From assembly GCF_009914755.1 (NCBI RefSeq), contig NC_060930.1: DNA of 64,000 nt. One strand, given 5' to 3'. The DNA is from the human T2T-CHM13v2.0 reference genome, Homo sapiens. A program made the position numbers and the translations under genes. Below are positions 39,629 through 55,277 of the stretch, piece after piece (the first letter of the stretch is position 1; the number at the start of each line of letters is the position of its first letter). The notes under the pieces are model-generated. The model was given only the letters and a program-made list of their open reading frames with translations, searched no databases and was not told where the DNA came from.

Positions 39629-40479
39629 CTGTAATTATTAAATATCACAGTTATGCACCCAATTAACAGAAGAATGACTATTGTGATAAAATTTAAAGGT
39701 CAAGGATCAAACAGTACAGACTAATCCAACTATAAATCAGCATGCAGAATTTTTTTATTTAAATAAAATTAAAATTGTTTATAAAATAAAAATGAAATAA
39801 AAAATAAAATAGAAATCAATTACATAAATAAGCCACCATTAAAGAGTAATAGGTTCTCTTTCTTATAAACATTTACTGATACCTCAACATGTGTTTTATA
39901 TGGTGATCTATTATACAAAAATTTTAATATAACCTCCATGTAATAGTTCTGAGATAAGATTCAATTTAACCACAGGATCTCCTGTTGCCAAATATTCTCC
40001 ACCCTTTTTTTTTTTTTTAAATTCAGGATTTTCTACATTGTTGTGGGGAAGGAGAGTAATGATCAAGAGATAATAGCTATTCAAAAAATTATTAATGGGC
40101 TATTTGAAGAAGGTGTTAAAAGAGATCCCAAGAAGGGAAAGCATGGTATAATTTCATGATACTTTAGGACAATACAATTATTTCCCAGGTTTTAGTAGAG
40201 TAGGTGTAAGTATATTCGTATATAACATACACTTGGCTGTATTGTGCCATAAAGAATGAATAAGTCAAGCAACCATATCATAAATGGCTTGTTAAAAGTT
40301 AAAACACTGCTATTTATACGTAAAATTTAACTGCTATTTTGATAGATCATGTGTAGGATAACTTTAAAAAAGTAAAACTATGGGGGAAAGGGCAGGTATT
40401 ATTTTCCTAATGGAATCCAAATAATTCCACTAGCCTGAATTTAGAGTTTGACTTCAAGTTCATAATATTTTTAAATTAA

Positions 40480-40830
<351 letters not shown>

Positions 40831-41404
40831 TAAAGACCTTATGAGATGTTTAATTTATGAACCTGAAGAAAAATTCCTTGAATCCCATTCTCTTGTTCAG
40901 TGTGGCATTTTGTCCTTTGTCTTACCATCAGCACACTACCTTTTCACTCACTCAAATATTTATTAAATGGCTACTGTTGTATACAAATGCATTTTTTGCT
41001 GGATTTTGGCTCAATGCACCACTGATTCAACCAATGAAGTCAATCCTGCTGAACTTAAGAAGCAGATTTCAGTTCTGCTTTACACATTTAAAACATAATA
41101 ATGGGATATAAGATTTTCCTGAATATCAAGATATATGAGGTTTCTTGGCCTATAGCGCCATGATGACTGTCAAATATCCATGCATCGTGTTTGTGTAAGC
41201 ATTTCTTCAAGGTGACTGCTAGTCTCGAATTAAGTAAAGTTATCACAGGATTATCATTTCTTAATGGCTCCTTGTTTGTTTTCTAGGTAATAACACTAGA
41301 ACATGCTTGCCTGGACAGGACTCGGAGACATTTCTACTAGACCACATATTTTCTAATATACTTCCAAATCTAAAAGCTGTTGAAATGTACCAATAATGCT
41401 AAGC

Positions 41405-41580
41405 TTTTTTAAAACTGACAATTAAAAATGGTATACATTTTTGGTACAAAATATGATATTTTAAAATACGTATACATTGTGGAATGGCTAAATTAACCTA
41501 ATTAACATATGCATTACTCTTCACATACTATTTTTGCAGTGAGAGCACTTAAAATCTACTCCCTTAGCAGTTTTCAAGTT
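41405..41580 (-). mobile_element. L1MA-type 3' end fragment
   Basis: tatacattgtggaatggctaaat...cacttaaaatctactc. Confidence 0.7.
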
Positions 41581-42556
41581 AAACTTTTAATTTGATTACA
41601 TATTATCATCATAATTTTTACCTAGCTGTTTATAAACAGTCCTTCTAGCTACAGAAATGTTTACATACTAGTCATACGCAAGCCTTAGACATATAGTCTT
41701 ATTTATGTTTCAGAAAATAAAGGTTTTAAGGCAAATTTTAAATGAGAATCATTAAGTTGTTGGTTGTCATAGGTAGCTCAAAAAAGATTAATATTTATCT
41801 TCGCTAACTGCCTATGAGCTGAAAAATAAAAATAAAATTATAGCAGACACCAAGGATAGAATAGGCAGGTTTTTTGGTCCATTTTAATACAGAAAGAAAG
41901 AGGTAGATACAACTGCTAAAGCTTCATTTCCTCAGCCTGCTTTCATGATGGGTACAGTACAGGATGCCATTTAAAGAACTGGTTCCAACAGTTTTAAAAA
42001 GTCTAATCTTACTGTTACTCATATTGCCAAACCACAAGGGTAAAAGTTCTGAAATAACTTTTTGAAACTTCACAGATAATCAAAACATAAGAACATGATT
42101 CATAATCGGCAAGAGGTTTGGCTTCCAAAAGTTAGGAAATCTCCATGACTCTGAAGAGAGTGGCACAAAAAAAAAATAATAATAATAATCAAACAAGAAC
42201 CCAAACAAAACCATAGGAAACAACTCAATGGAACATCAATCATGTTTCAGAGGTTGCCCTGTTCTCTCTGTTTGGGTCACTTGGCAGGTCTGGTTTCAGA
42301 GAAAGTGTAAGAACTAAGCATCCGTAACCTTTTTGAATGCATGCACTTTGCAAAGTAACAACTGCAGAAGGGACAAAGGAAAAAGTTTCAAAGCTCTGGT
42401 ACTGTTTCTTCCATAAGGTAAGCATAATGTATCTGGTGTCTACTTATTCCTCTTCTTTTTCTCCCTTTTCCATCATGAAGCAAGCATAAATGGATGAAAC
42501 ACCAAGAAAATAAATGCAAGAAAGAGAATGTGGGAAACCAGGAATAATAATCAAAA

Positions 42557-42670
42557 GGATAGTGACCAACCATTCCAGCCTGCCTGGGACTGGTTCCAGC
42601 TTTAGCACTTAAAGTCTCATATCCTGAGAAGCCCCTCAGTCCTGGGCAAATCAGGAGGTTGGTCACTCTA
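42557..42670. mobile_element. MER81-like hAT MITE
   Basis: TIR gtgaccaacc...ggttggtcac, ~114 bp, flanking atcaaa duplication. Confidence 0.8.
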
Positions 42671-43908
42671 ATCAAAGACGTTTTTAAAAAGGAAAAGAAA
42701 GATGAGTCTACAGGGAGAGGAAATGGGAAAAATAAGGTATATGCTCAGAATAAAAAAAGAGAGTAGGGAAGCAAAGAAATGACAGGAAGACTACCAAAAA
42801 GATAAATAATTCGAGAGAGAAAGAAATAAAGAAAACAAATGTGAAGAACCTAAAATGGGAGCTAGATGGTAGATGAAAAGGGCAAGAAGGGAAAGGACAG
42901 ATTGGTTTCAGTATTTTGACCTTAGGAATAATAAGTAAGTAAGGAAATGAAATCAACAGTACAAAGGGCATCTTGCATGCTGGCACCTGGAGAAGAGGTT
43001 TCTCCTGGGACAACTCTGGGCTCCACAGTCGAGGAAGGCTGTTAGGAATTTACCAGCCTTCAGATTTTATTCTCCAGACCGAAAATTCCAACTGCCTGTA
43101 GCTGCCTACCTTCTCTGCTTCAGTCATTCACAGACCCTGAAGTAAATTAAGTATCCAGATCCCCTAACAGAGATTTCTCTCTATTTATCATGTTTCTTGG
43201 CACAGATACCAAAAAAACAGCCACAGGCAAAACAACCTGCAGAGGCAGAACGTATAGAGAGAACTGAAGCTGGTTAGAGTGGGACTCTTGGAGTCATTTT
43301 GGGATTGTACAAGAACAAATGGGAAAAGGGGAAGAAATGAACAATGAGGCCTAACTACAAGCCCAGGCTCAAAGAGTATGCAAAGTGGCCTTGGATTGTA
43401 GAACCAATTAGCAGAGATGGCAGTGACCTCAGAGAACTGAAAAGATTGTTCCCCTTGCTTCTCCCCAAAGAGTCCTCACTCCAGTACATCCAGGAACAGT
43501 GTCTCTATGTCTCTGTGGCCAAAGATGTGCATATTGAACTAATTATGCACTTTCAAAATGAAGCAGACAAAGCAATAGTATCAGGTCTCACTGGAGTAAA
43601 ATTTACATAGAAAGTAAAATTTACAGAAAAGTAGTTTCTCTTTCTTTCCCAGAAAAAAAATGTCAGATGTTACTTGGTAGGACATTCTGAGTGAATATTT
43701 AGGAATGTGAGTCTAGAACCTTCCCAAAAGTAGGAGCACCTGAGCCATGTACGAAACAGTCACAATTCCACAAAAATATTATTAGTATTATTAACTTCTA
43801 AGATGGCATAAATGCAAAATAGAACTGACCATTCTATTACTGATCATTTATATCACAAATAGATATCAAGACACCTTAACTTCAAAGAATGATTATTTAT
43901 ATACTTAC

Positions 43909-43951
43909 TTCTCAGTTGTCTCTTTATTTCTTTAGCAGGATCTAACCAGTT
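43909..43951 (-). CDS. EPB41L2: EPB41L2 coding exon (~exon 5), NWLDPAKEIKRQLR
   Basis: 43 nt, gcag/gtaagt, phase 0-1; band 4.1 WLD motif. Confidence 0.96.
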
Positions 43952-44592
43952 CTGCATGAGGGAAAAAAATTAATTCATAAGAAATATTCTAGAGTCTAAA
44001 ATAGAACAGTTTACAGTTCACATAATTATTTAAGTGTAAACACATTTTAATAAAGTATTATTCAAAGCAACTTGCACCTATCAGCATTCCACTGGGCTAA
44101 GTATTGCTTTGTCCTTGGGGACATATGTGTGTAAATGTGGTAAGTGTGTACTATAAGTAAAATATTCACATGCTTTTAAGGTGGGTCCCATGGGCCTCAT
44201 TCTCCTGCATCTAAAATGGTCCAAATGATGAGACATATCTTCACACAGTCTTATTCTGTAGAACTGCCAACAAATAGCCCCTGCAGACACTGAAATGAGA
44301 GCTCTTCAAGGACAATAATGGATTCCTAGTCATGAAGGATAAAGTGTGAAAATTGAAACTGTTGGCTAAAAGTATATACATACCAAGCGAACACAATTAT
44401 CTCAACTCCTAAAACGAACTACTCCTCCTCCTTAATCCTCCCTTTCCCTCCAACTCTATAATTGTAAGGAGAGGTAAGGTCAGGTTGGAGACAATATTTC
44501 CCTTCCTGGTCTTAATATAACACCCTTCTTTCTTCTTAACCTCATTCTAAGTTGGAAGTAGCAATCACAAGGAACTCCTTAAGAAAGCTTTA

Positions 44593-46628
44593 CTCAGACT
44601 GCTGTGCTGGCAGCTCTGGCCAGGCCAATCAGGCAAGAGAAACAAATAAAGGGTATTCAAATAGGAAGAAAGGAAGTCAAATTGTCTCTGTTTGCAGATG
44701 ACATGATTGTATATTTAGAAAACCCCATTGTCTCAGCCCAAAATCTACTTAAGCTGATAAGCAACTTCAGCAAAGTCTCAGGATACAAAATCAATGTGCG
44801 AAAATCACAAGCATTCCTATACACCAATAATAGAGAGCCAAATGATGAGTGAACTCCCATTCACAATTGCTACTAAGAGAAAAAAATACCTAGGAATACA
44901 ACTTACAAGGAATGTGAAGGACCTCTTCAAGGAGAACTACAAAGCACTGCACAAGGAAATAAGAGAGGACACAAACAAATGGAAAAACATCCCATGCTCA
45001 TGGATAGGAAGAATCAATATCGTGAAAATGATCATACTGCCCAAAATAATTTATAGATTCAATGCTATCTCCATCAAGCTACCATTGACTTTCTTCACAG
45101 AATTAGAAAAAACTACCTTAAATTTCATATGGAACCAAAAAGGAGCCCATATAGCCAAGACAATCCTAAACAAAAAGAACAAAGCTGGAGGCATCACACT
45201 ACCTGACTTCAAACTACATTACAAGGCTACAGTAACCAAAACAGCATGGTACTGGTACCAAAACAGATATATAGACCAATGGAACAGAACAGATGCCTCA
45301 GAAATAACACCACACATCTACAACCATCTGATTTTTGACAAATGTGACAAAAACAAGCAATGAGGAAAGGATTCCCTATTTAATAAATGATGTTGGGAAA
45401 ACTGGCTAGCCATATGCCGAAAACTGAAACTGGACTCCTTCCTTACACCTTATAGAAAATTAACTCAAGATGGATTAAAGACTTAAACATAAGACTAAAA
45501 CCATAACAATCCTAGAAGAAAACCTAGGCAATACCATTCAGGACATAGGCATGGGCAAAGCCTTCATTTCTAAAACACCAAAAGCAATGGCAACAAAAGC
45601 CAAAATTGACAAATGAGATCTAATTAAACTAAAGAGCTTCTGCACAGCAAAAGAAACTATCATCAGAGTGAACAGGTAACCTACAGAATGGGAGAAAATT
45701 TTTGCAATCTATCCATCTGACAAAGGGCTAATATCCAGAATCTACAAGGAACTTAAACAAATTTACAAGAAAAAAATAACTCCATCAAAAAGTGGGTGAA
45801 GGATATGAATAGACACTTCTCAAAAGAAGACATTTATGTGGCCAACAAACATATGAAAAAAAGCTCATCATCACTGGTCATTAGAGAAATGCAAATCAAA
45901 TCCACAATGAGACACCATCTCACGCCAGTTAGAATGGCGATCGTTAAAAAGTCAGGAAAACAACAGATGCTGGAGAGGATGTGGAGAAACAGGAACACTT
46001 TTACACTGTTGGTGGGAGTGTAAATTAGTTCAACCATTGTGGAAGACGGTGTGGTGATTCCTCAAGGCTCTAGAACTAGAAACACCATTTGACCCAGCCA
46101 TCCCATTACTGGGTATATACCCAAAGGATTATAAATCGTTCTTTTATAAGGACACATGCACACGTATGTTTATTGCAGCACTATTCACAATAGCAATGAC
46201 TTGGAACCAACTCAAATGCCTATCAATGATAGACTGGATAAAGAAAATGTGGCACATATACACCACGAAATACTATGCAGCCATAAAAAAGGATGAGTTC
46301 ATGTCCTTTGCAGGGACATGGATGAAGCTGGAAACCATCATTCTCAGCAAACTAACACAGGAACAGAAAACCTGCATATTCGCACTCATAAGTGGGAGCT
46401 GAACAATGAGAACACACGGACACGGAGAGGGGAACATCACACACCAGGGCCTGTTGGGGTGTGGGGGGCTAGGGGAGGGACAGCATTAGGAGAAATACTT
46501 AATGTAGATGACGGGGGTTGATGGGTGCAGCAAACCACCATGGCACGTGTATACCTATGTAACAAACCTGCACGTTCTGCACATGTATCCCAGAACTTAA
46601 AGTACAATAATAATAAAAAAAAAGAAAA
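44593..46628 (+). mobile_element. 5'-truncated L1PA (L1PA7/8-like), ORF2 RT C-terminal part plus 3'UTR, disrupted
   Basis: ORFs 44604..44852 ([13 protein letters not shown]) and 44794..45363 are L1 ORF2 pieces; 3'UTR and A-tail; TSD aagaaagcttta. Confidence 0.97.
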
Positions 46629-46980
46629 CAAGTCAATAGTTACATCCAATGGTTAAATAAACTCTCCAACTAAACAACAAAAAAGAAAGCTTTAAAAAAA
46701 TGCTAGGAAACTGTTACAGCATCTTAAAGCAAAAAAGACCAAATTTAAACCACTAGGTTCGAACCACCCAAGGACATTAAATTTTTGTTTTTCGAAGCTA
46801 CAAGCAAAAGTCCAATAAAAAATTTAGATTTTTTTGTTTATATTTTTATATTTACATTTTTCTACCCTCAAGTTATCACTAACATAGGAGAAGTGCAGTT
46901 TTTGAGGTACAATAAACTAATTCAAATAAATGAGTCTAATTAAGTTTTACTCATTCTAAGCAGTGTCCAAAATAATATAA

Positions 46981-47326
46981 CAGGGGTCCTCAACCCCCAT
47001 CCCACGGACTGGTACCGATCGTGGCCTATTAGGAACTGGGCTGCACAGCAGGACGTGAACAGCAGGTAAGTGGGCATTACCACCTGAGCACCGCCTCCTG
47101 TCAGATCACCACCCGCGTTAGATTCTCAGAGGAGCACAAACCCTATTGTGAACTGCACAAGAGAGGGATCTAGGCTGCACACTCCTTATGAGACTCTGAC
47201 TAACGCTTGATGATCTGAGGTGGAGCAGTTTCATGCCAAAACCATTCCCTCACCCCCACCCCGGTATGTGGAAAAATTGTCTTCCACAAAACCGGTCCCT
47301 GTTGCCAAACAGGTTGGGGACCACTG
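46981..47326 (+). mobile_element. MER1B (hAT-Charlie) DNA transposon
   Basis: caggggtcc(t)caacc ... ggttggggaccactg termini, ~345 bp. Confidence 0.88.
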
Positions 47327-49119
47327 TATTACAACATCTGTGCTTAAACAGAATTTTATTCAGATATATAAAGCAAACAATTAAAATGCTTATTAGTACA
47401 CAGAAAATAACCTGTTGTCTTAATACCATATTAAAATGGTATAACGGAACATTAACTGACACTATTAAAAAGTAAAACAGTAAGATGCTGTGAAAGCAGA
47501 GCCGCATGGCCCCTCGGGTTTCACTACTGTTCATGGCCCGCACTCGGGGTAGCAAGGATCCAAGGTGTACATGGCTCTGTTCTAACACTGGTTATATTCA
47601 AACCTCTCAATAAAGAACTACCAGAGCATGGTCTAGTTTCATATTACTGGTGTCCCAGCTGCATGCACTACTGACGTGAGGGGCAGCAGGCCTCTCTAAG
47701 GGTGCCTCCAGTGCCATGTGAGGGAGCAGCTCTAATTACCCCTTCAGAAGAGAGCCTGCCATTCAGTTTGCATGCACTGCAGCTGCTGTCCCACCCAACA
47801 GCTGGCTCACAAATGGCCAGCCTCGATAAGTGCACAGGAATGAAAAAACACATCATTCAGCCTCTAGCCCACACTGGTTGGAGGCTGGGAGAGAGGTGAG
47901 AAAGGGGCAAATGGGTGGAATTTTCACCCAAGGAACAACCATAGCAAGAAAAACGGAATTGAATGGCGCCAAATTGAAAAGAAAAAAAAAGTCCCCAGAA
48001 TATTAACACAGAGAAATTAAGAGAAAGTGCTGGTCTTAAAGACAGACCCTTCCAAATCCCCAATTTCATTAAGTGTGAGCAGTGATACAGATCCCCAGTA
48101 CAGAAGAGCAACAAAGGACCCTTCTCTGTTCCAGAAGATGGTGGAAGCTTGTGAACCCAAGGACTAACCCTGTGTCCCAGCCACCTGGCACCTTCTATTC
48201 TCACCTAAAGCACCCGGCCCTTGTACAAATTACCTAACAGTTTCTATAGGGCATGGTAAGAGTCAGCTCTATAAACCCAGCAATATGAGTGAAAAGTCAG
48301 ACAGCCAAATTCAGACTTGGTGTCATTCTCAGGCCACTTTCCACAACACTGCCAGACAGATTACTGAAGGCTGAAATGGCTTACTTTCAACCATCCAAAG
48401 ACTAAGTGGGCGGGGTTTACCTGATGTGATCAAACAGCAGCATGACTTCCTCACCGCGTTTTCCCTTTCCTAACCACACTCACTTTCACACTGTAAGTTC
48501 CATTCCTGCCAAGCATTAGGCTGTCTTCTCACTCCCCAGTACTACAACTTTGCAAGGGCTGGAACAGACCATATTATTTATATCTTCCAGGGTACTTAAT
48601 ACAGTTTTAGGCAACCAGTGAGAACTAAATTAATACCTGCTGACTGATATATGCCCCTTGCTTGCCTCCTTCCTCTCCACGCTGTGATCATCTTAAATGA
48701 TCACGTTATATTACTTTTATTACATTTATTTTTACTTGAATACATATCTCTAATGAGTACTTAGATGGTAAGTGGGGTATAGCATCATAAATTCCTAAGT
48801 AAAAAAAAAATGACTTAAATGACTTAAAAGAAATACAAGTTAATGATCTGCATTACCAGTTACAAAGAAATAACAAACAAAACTTTTAAATAAATACAGT
48901 AAATAATAAAAATTAATTTCTTGGTTTGACACTTAAGGAGGAGGGTTGAGCAGACCAAGAAGCAGACACAAAAAGATGGAAAATGCCATCAGAGAATGAG
49001 AAAAATGCATGAGGGTGTGTGTGCACAACATACAACAACCGCCCTCACCCCATGATACACTACAGTATTCATTGCCAGGTTTTAGACTTAAAGATTTGTC
49101 TGCTGTGGCCACATATATA

Positions 49120-49310
49120 AACCGTGGAATCAGAAATACACGCAGTAAAATTCTGGTTTTCTATCAACTCTAACTTGGGCACATTCCTTGGCTTCTTTAA
49201 GCCTCAATTTCCTCAAACACAAAATGGGGATCACAACATCTACCTCATAGGGTAGTTCTTTTCAAACAATATTCAAGCCTGAAGAATAAATATGCATACA
49301 AGTACCTTCC
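49120..49310 (+). mobile_element. MIR SINE
   Basis: gcctcaatttcctca...aaaatggggat...tacctcatagggt. Confidence 0.65.
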
Positions 49311-50109
49311 CCAGCAGATCATCATTAGTAGATCACTATTTGCAATAATAAAACTAAATTATCATCTTTTGGTATATATATCTTCTTCACATAATTTTAT
49401 ATATCCATAGGTGATGTGTTATATACATTAAAGAATTTAATCTCTATATGAATATTTCTACCCACAAAAAGTTAATAAATCAGACTTTCGGTTCACAAAA
49501 TAGGGTCACTGTATTCACAGGCGAGATGACATGAAAACCAAGCCCTTTCTATATGACTAGTCTAAGAGCTTCTATGTACATGTTAAAGTATTATCCAGTT
49601 TGGCCGATGGTAAAAATCCACCCGGCAAATTTTTTAAAAGACAGCTCTTTGTCCATGGACAACTGCCCAGAACATCCTAAAACATTCTCCAGGGAAGGAA
49701 CTCAGGAAAGTGACAGCTTCAGGCAATTCAAGATCAGGCAAGACAGGGATCTTCTCAGTGTTTCCCAAACATTAAGGTATAAGCAACCATGCAAAACTCG
49801 AGAGCTGACCTATATCAGATTTCAATAAAATTTATCTTGTTTTATTAAAAAAAATAAAACAAGGATTTTGCCAACTACTTAAGAGCAGGAACAGTCACTT
49901 ACTCAATTCAGTATTCTCCTTACTTTCTCCTCTCCATTCCCTAATCCAAACCCAAAACATGAACACAGTAAATATTTATCTCCTAAATGAACATCAGGTA
50001 AAATAAGAGACTAATAATAAAAGTTATAAGGAATCCTAAAACAGGCTTCCAACAGAAGTAAAATAAAATTAAAATGTGGCCTTAGAATATCAAGTATTGT
50101 TAAATCACC

Positions 50110-50414
<305 letters not shown>

Positions 50415-50717
50415 TTAAATCACCTTCAAACATGAAATTGGGAGGTAATGAACTCAAGTTTGGGGAAATATGTTCCATCTTTATTTTTACTAACTTCTAA
50501 CTGAAACTTAGCATCACTGTCAATTAGGAACATAGCAGAAAAAAACCTGGTTAATATCAGCAGAACCTCTTTGTCACCTGCAGAAATCAAAAACATTTCC
50601 ACATCACATTGTAGTAGCTGCAGATCTTAAAATACCATTTATGCTAGCCAATATTTTGAAGTCACAGTAGCTACTAGATTTGATACTGATGATTAATATA
50701 TAAATAAAAACACATAA

Positions 50718-51072
50718 TGATATGGTTTGGCTCTGAGTCCCTACCCAAATCTCATCTTGTAGCTCCCATGATTCTGACTTGTTGTGGGAGGGGCCTGGTG
50801 GGAGATGAGTGAATCATGGGGGCAGATCTTCATGCTGTCTCATGATAGTGAATGGGTCTCACGAGATCTAATAGTTTTAAAAACGGGAGTTTCTCTGCAC
50901 AAGCTCTCTCTCTCTGCCTGCCACCATCCATGTAAGATGTGACTTGCTCCTCCTTGCCTTCTGCCATGATTGTGAGGCCTCCCCAGCCATGTGGAATTGT
51001 AAACCTCTTTCTTTTGTAAATTGCCCAGCCTCAGGTATGTCTTTATCAGCAGTATGAAAACAGACTAATATA
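50718..51072 (+). mobile_element. THE1 (MaLR) solo LTR
   Basis: tgatatggtttggct ... cagactaata termini, ~355 bp. Confidence 0.92.
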
Positions 51073-51780
51073 CATACCTATTACTTTGTCTCCAATTTTA
51101 GATTACTATTTTGGGAATGTTATTTAGTTATTGGCTTTCTTTGTAGCCCTGTGTACTTTTATTATAGTTATACATTGAAAACACTGTTCTGAGAAGCAGC
51201 CTATAGAATTCAGCAGACTGCCAAAGGAATTCAAGGCACAAAAAGAGGTGGGATTTTTTTTTCCTGCCTTAAAAGGTTACAGAATTTTTTTTAAACTAAG
51301 CAGCACAGTGAATAGCTGTACTTATATGTATTTTACACTAAAATCTTTCTATTAGTTAATTAGAGAATCTCCTTAATCTTACTCTTTATTTGCCACAAAT
51401 CTGAGGATGAAAGTCTTGTCTTATGACATTTCCCCTACAACATTTTCATTACGGGTTCCCAGAAAAAGTGTTAAACATGATTCTCAATTATGCTCTAGTG
51501 ACAGAAACATCTAGGGGGAAAAAAAAGCTTAATTATGAATCCTAATACTGTATTTATATTCATAGAATACCAGTGTTAGAAAGAACCTCAGAATAATGGT
51601 CCAAATGTCCATATTTGGGGAACGGCCTAACTCTTGCCTCAGTGGCTATGAATATTTGAACACTTCTGGGACCATGAACCACATGGGCCCACTAGGACTC
51701 CCCTCCTCCCGTGGCTTTCATGACATTTCAAACTCCTGTAATGCTCTCTGCTACATCAAAAGAACAGTTTATCCCTACAT

Positions 51781-51945
51781 CAATGCTTCTCAAACTTTAA
51801 AGGTGCGTATGAATCACCTGAACATCTAGCCAAAATAAAGTCTATTTCAGCAGGTCTAGGGTGAGCGCTAGAGTTCTTCATTTCTAAGAAGCTTCTGCGT
51901 GGAGCCAACGCTGCTGGTCCTTGGACCACTCTTTGAGTAGGATAG
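51781..51945. mobile_element. MER5-type hAT MITE
   Basis: gcttctcaaacttta...gaatcacctg...ggaccactctttgag. Confidence 0.7.
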
Positions 51946-52339
51946 CCCTAGAGTTCTTTTTATGTAGAAATTTCTTTCTTTTCCTGAAAGCTCAATATAG
52001 AGAGACATTTTTCAAGTCCTACTGGCTTGTCAGCCTTCACTGAGTAAACCTTCTAATTTTTGACAGCTTCCTGCAGAAAGCCCTGGCAGGGCACAGTTTC
52101 CACATTCCCATATCTAAGTGTTCCTTTGAACTCCTCCCCATCACAATAAGCAGCTGTACCAAAGAATTCCAGGTCTTTTTATTCTACTTGCTAACCACTT
52201 TCACCTGAGAAGAGATATGCAACCACAGTCATCAACTGGCATTAGTAGTCTGGGTGTGCAGTTGTCCACAGCAGGGTCCTAACCATGCTTGACCTGGATA
52301 ACAACCCAAAATACAGTCATAAAATCCATCTTCTAGTTA

Positions 52340-52846
52340 AGACAAAGAGTCTTTTCTTGACCAAACTTTAGTCAGGCTCCTCTGAATCCTCTTCCCAATT
52401 AGGCTTCAGGTTTTAGACTTCTGTGTCCATCTACACACCATCCAACTTTAGCAAGAATCCTGTTAATAAGTTGGTTTAGTGGGAAACCCCCATCCTTGAT
52501 AACTAATTACCCTTGATATCTGATGGGGTTCCTCATCCTCCACCATCCCCCAAGTGATATCAGATCACCCTCACCTGCCTTCAACAAGAATCCTGTTAGC
52601 TTGGTTTAACCAGAATTCCCCTAAGTGCACCCCTGATGTTTCCTCTTATTAGTTTCCCATCTACTAACCCCCACCCTGCTCCTTGACTATAAATTTCCAC
52701 TTCTCCTTGTCGTATCTGGAGCTGAGCCCAATCTCTCTTGCCTACTGCAAAACCCCACTGCAAAGGTCCTTATACCTATTACAACAGTCCTGAATAAAGT
52801 CTGCCTTACCATTTTAACAAGTGTTAGAATAAGTTTTTCTTTAACA
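52340..52846 (+). mobile_element. MER31-like ERV1 solo LTR
   Basis: gacaaagagtcttttcttgaccaaactttagtcaggctcctctg ... aataaagtctgcctt...ctttaaca. Confidence 0.8.
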
Positions 52847-55277
52847 GTTCCTTTCCCCCCAAAAAAATCTATCTCATTCATTTAATTCTCCTTTAAGTTA
52901 GACCCTAAGACCCCAGAGTTCGAAGTTTCTCAAATGCCTCGCCATGCCTTCCTCACTTGCTTTAGGTGATCTCTAATTTGGCCAGGTAAGAGAAATTAAC
53001 AAATTCAACCCAATTCACAGTGTATGACTAAATGTTAAAAGTAGTTTTGTCTAGAATCTGCATTTTCTCACAGGAATTTATAGTGCTGAAACAGATCCCC
53101 TTTAATATACCTTTGCCTAAATTGGGTTTAAGAGAACTCTACCATAATGCTGGTGTTAGGAGAAAAGTTACAGGCACTGTATCACAGTGAAACATTCACT
53201 ACACATCTGGGAGAATGTGGGATTATAAAGTTTAACTAGATTGAATGTAGAACTTTATTAAAGAATAGTTTATATATGCAAACAGTTTAATATTTGAGTT
53301 TTTAGTTCTAGTTTCTGGAACAAAATGGTCTATTAGATGACTGCTTCAACTAATTTTCATAAAGTTAGCCGTGAATATCAACTACATTTCTAACAAGCTC
53401 CTTTTTCAATATAGCTTGCAGCAAAATGACGTTATAATGTCATTTTGGGCCAAATGCCAAACTATTAACATCAAAAATTCAAGACAATATTTTTCCCTTT
53501 AAAGAGAGTCCAAAACCCTTAACGATGGTTTCATTTAGACATGAATACAAGAACTATATGGACTTGGAATTCCATATTGAATAACATGTTGCCTGATTCC
53601 ACGTATTTTTAACAACATTTTCCATAGTAAAGTTTATATAAGCACTCTCAATAGACATTAAAAAAGCTTTAACACTAACAATGACAGATTTTTCATACCT
53701 AGAATGAACTAAAAAGACTTTCACCTCAGTGTCTCAACCATGAGAGATATAGTACTGTATTAAAACCAAACAAATGTGTAGATTTTCTCTCCATGAAAAA
53801 TTTGTATACAAATAATCGTGGTTTTCACTCACCTTTACTTTATAATGGGTTGAATTAAGAATCAAAATTTCCCATAAGTACAGATAATATTCGGCATGGA
53901 AAGGAAAGATCCTTACATCATTATATTCTGTTGTTAAAACTGCATGGGATTTAAACAAAGCAGGACTGATTGAGCTGAGTTAGTATAATAGTAATAAATT
54001 TATGTGGGGGAAAAAATAGGATACCATACAAATCTATAGTGGAAGAATAAGAGTTGTTTTGCCTAGATGTCTTGAGGACTGGATTTTGTCTACATAAGCA
54101 GATAGAAATTTTTAAAAATTACACAACATAAAAGTTATAGCAAATCAGATTATATATGAATAATTAAAGATATTGCTAATTGTATTTAAATATTCACACC
54201 TGAAAAGTGAATGTCTCAGAAAGGACACCTCATTCTTAAGTTCCCAAAGTTTTTGAGTTAAAGTCTATATACAAAGCATGTGTCTAATTTTATATGTTCA
54301 TCTTACCTTTCATAAGAGAAACTACCACGTATAATAAGGAATTATGAATTCCTTATTTAGCATTAGTGTCTTTCTGTCAATAAGAACGCTACAGTAGACC
54401 CAAACAAATGTACCTTTATCTTAGTATTTTCTTCCTTAATGACCTTAATCTGTCTCCTTGACTTCAGCCATCCCCTTTCACAGCCACACCCTGGGTCTTG
54501 TCATCATCACATAGTTCTTCACCTCATTAGACTTCATCAGCTCATTCTCAGATGCAATCATTTCCTCTCCCTCTAATTTTCTACCCATGTATCCCCACTG
54601 TACCTACTCTTCAACATCTTTGAACATTCATCCTTTGCCCCAGCCACGTTCTCCCAATGTATCAGCCTATTACAGCTTCAGTAATTTTCTTTCCTGTGAC
54701 CCTGTGAATAATCAGCTTAATTACATCTCATCAGCAACTTCAGATTTCACAATCCTGCATCCTCTTACTATTGCCTCCATGAACATAGTCAACTGAGAAC
54801 CCTGCTAATACTCCATTTTTTCAGCTATGACACTAAGGTTGCTAATGGCAATTAGAGAAAAACACACACAAATATATTCTGCTGCCATCCCAAATGTATG
54901 ACCCCCACAATCTCAGCAGAACTATTAACAGCAATCCACATACTAATTCTTGGTTGGCTCCTTCTCTTGTCCCACTGCTACCCTAGTCACTCTTAAGCAA
55001 ATGCTTTTACCCTCTATTTCACAGAGATTGGAGACTACAATTTGCTCAACTAAGATTTTTTTTTTTAACAACTGCACCACCTTTTATTCTGTTTCTTGCA
55101 GACTCAGGATGACATAACATCTTTATTCAAGACTAATCCTCTTCATGACTTTCATCATCATAGTCACTCTCCTCTTTCTTCAAACATAACTTCTCTTGGG
55201 TTTTCTCATAGCTAAAGTCAAAGTTATTTCCATCAAAGTAAATCTGCCAACCCCAAAACTCTCAGTCAACTGTCACC

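Noticed and set aside
44604-46402. Reverse-transcriptase-like ORFs
   Set aside because: Broken ORF2 of a 5'-truncated L1; not a functional gene
48418-48480. Donor-like CAG|gtaaac with upstream ATG and ETS (GAGGAAGT) motif
   Set aside because: The ATG is out of phase with the next exon, and a single motif cannot support a promoter call
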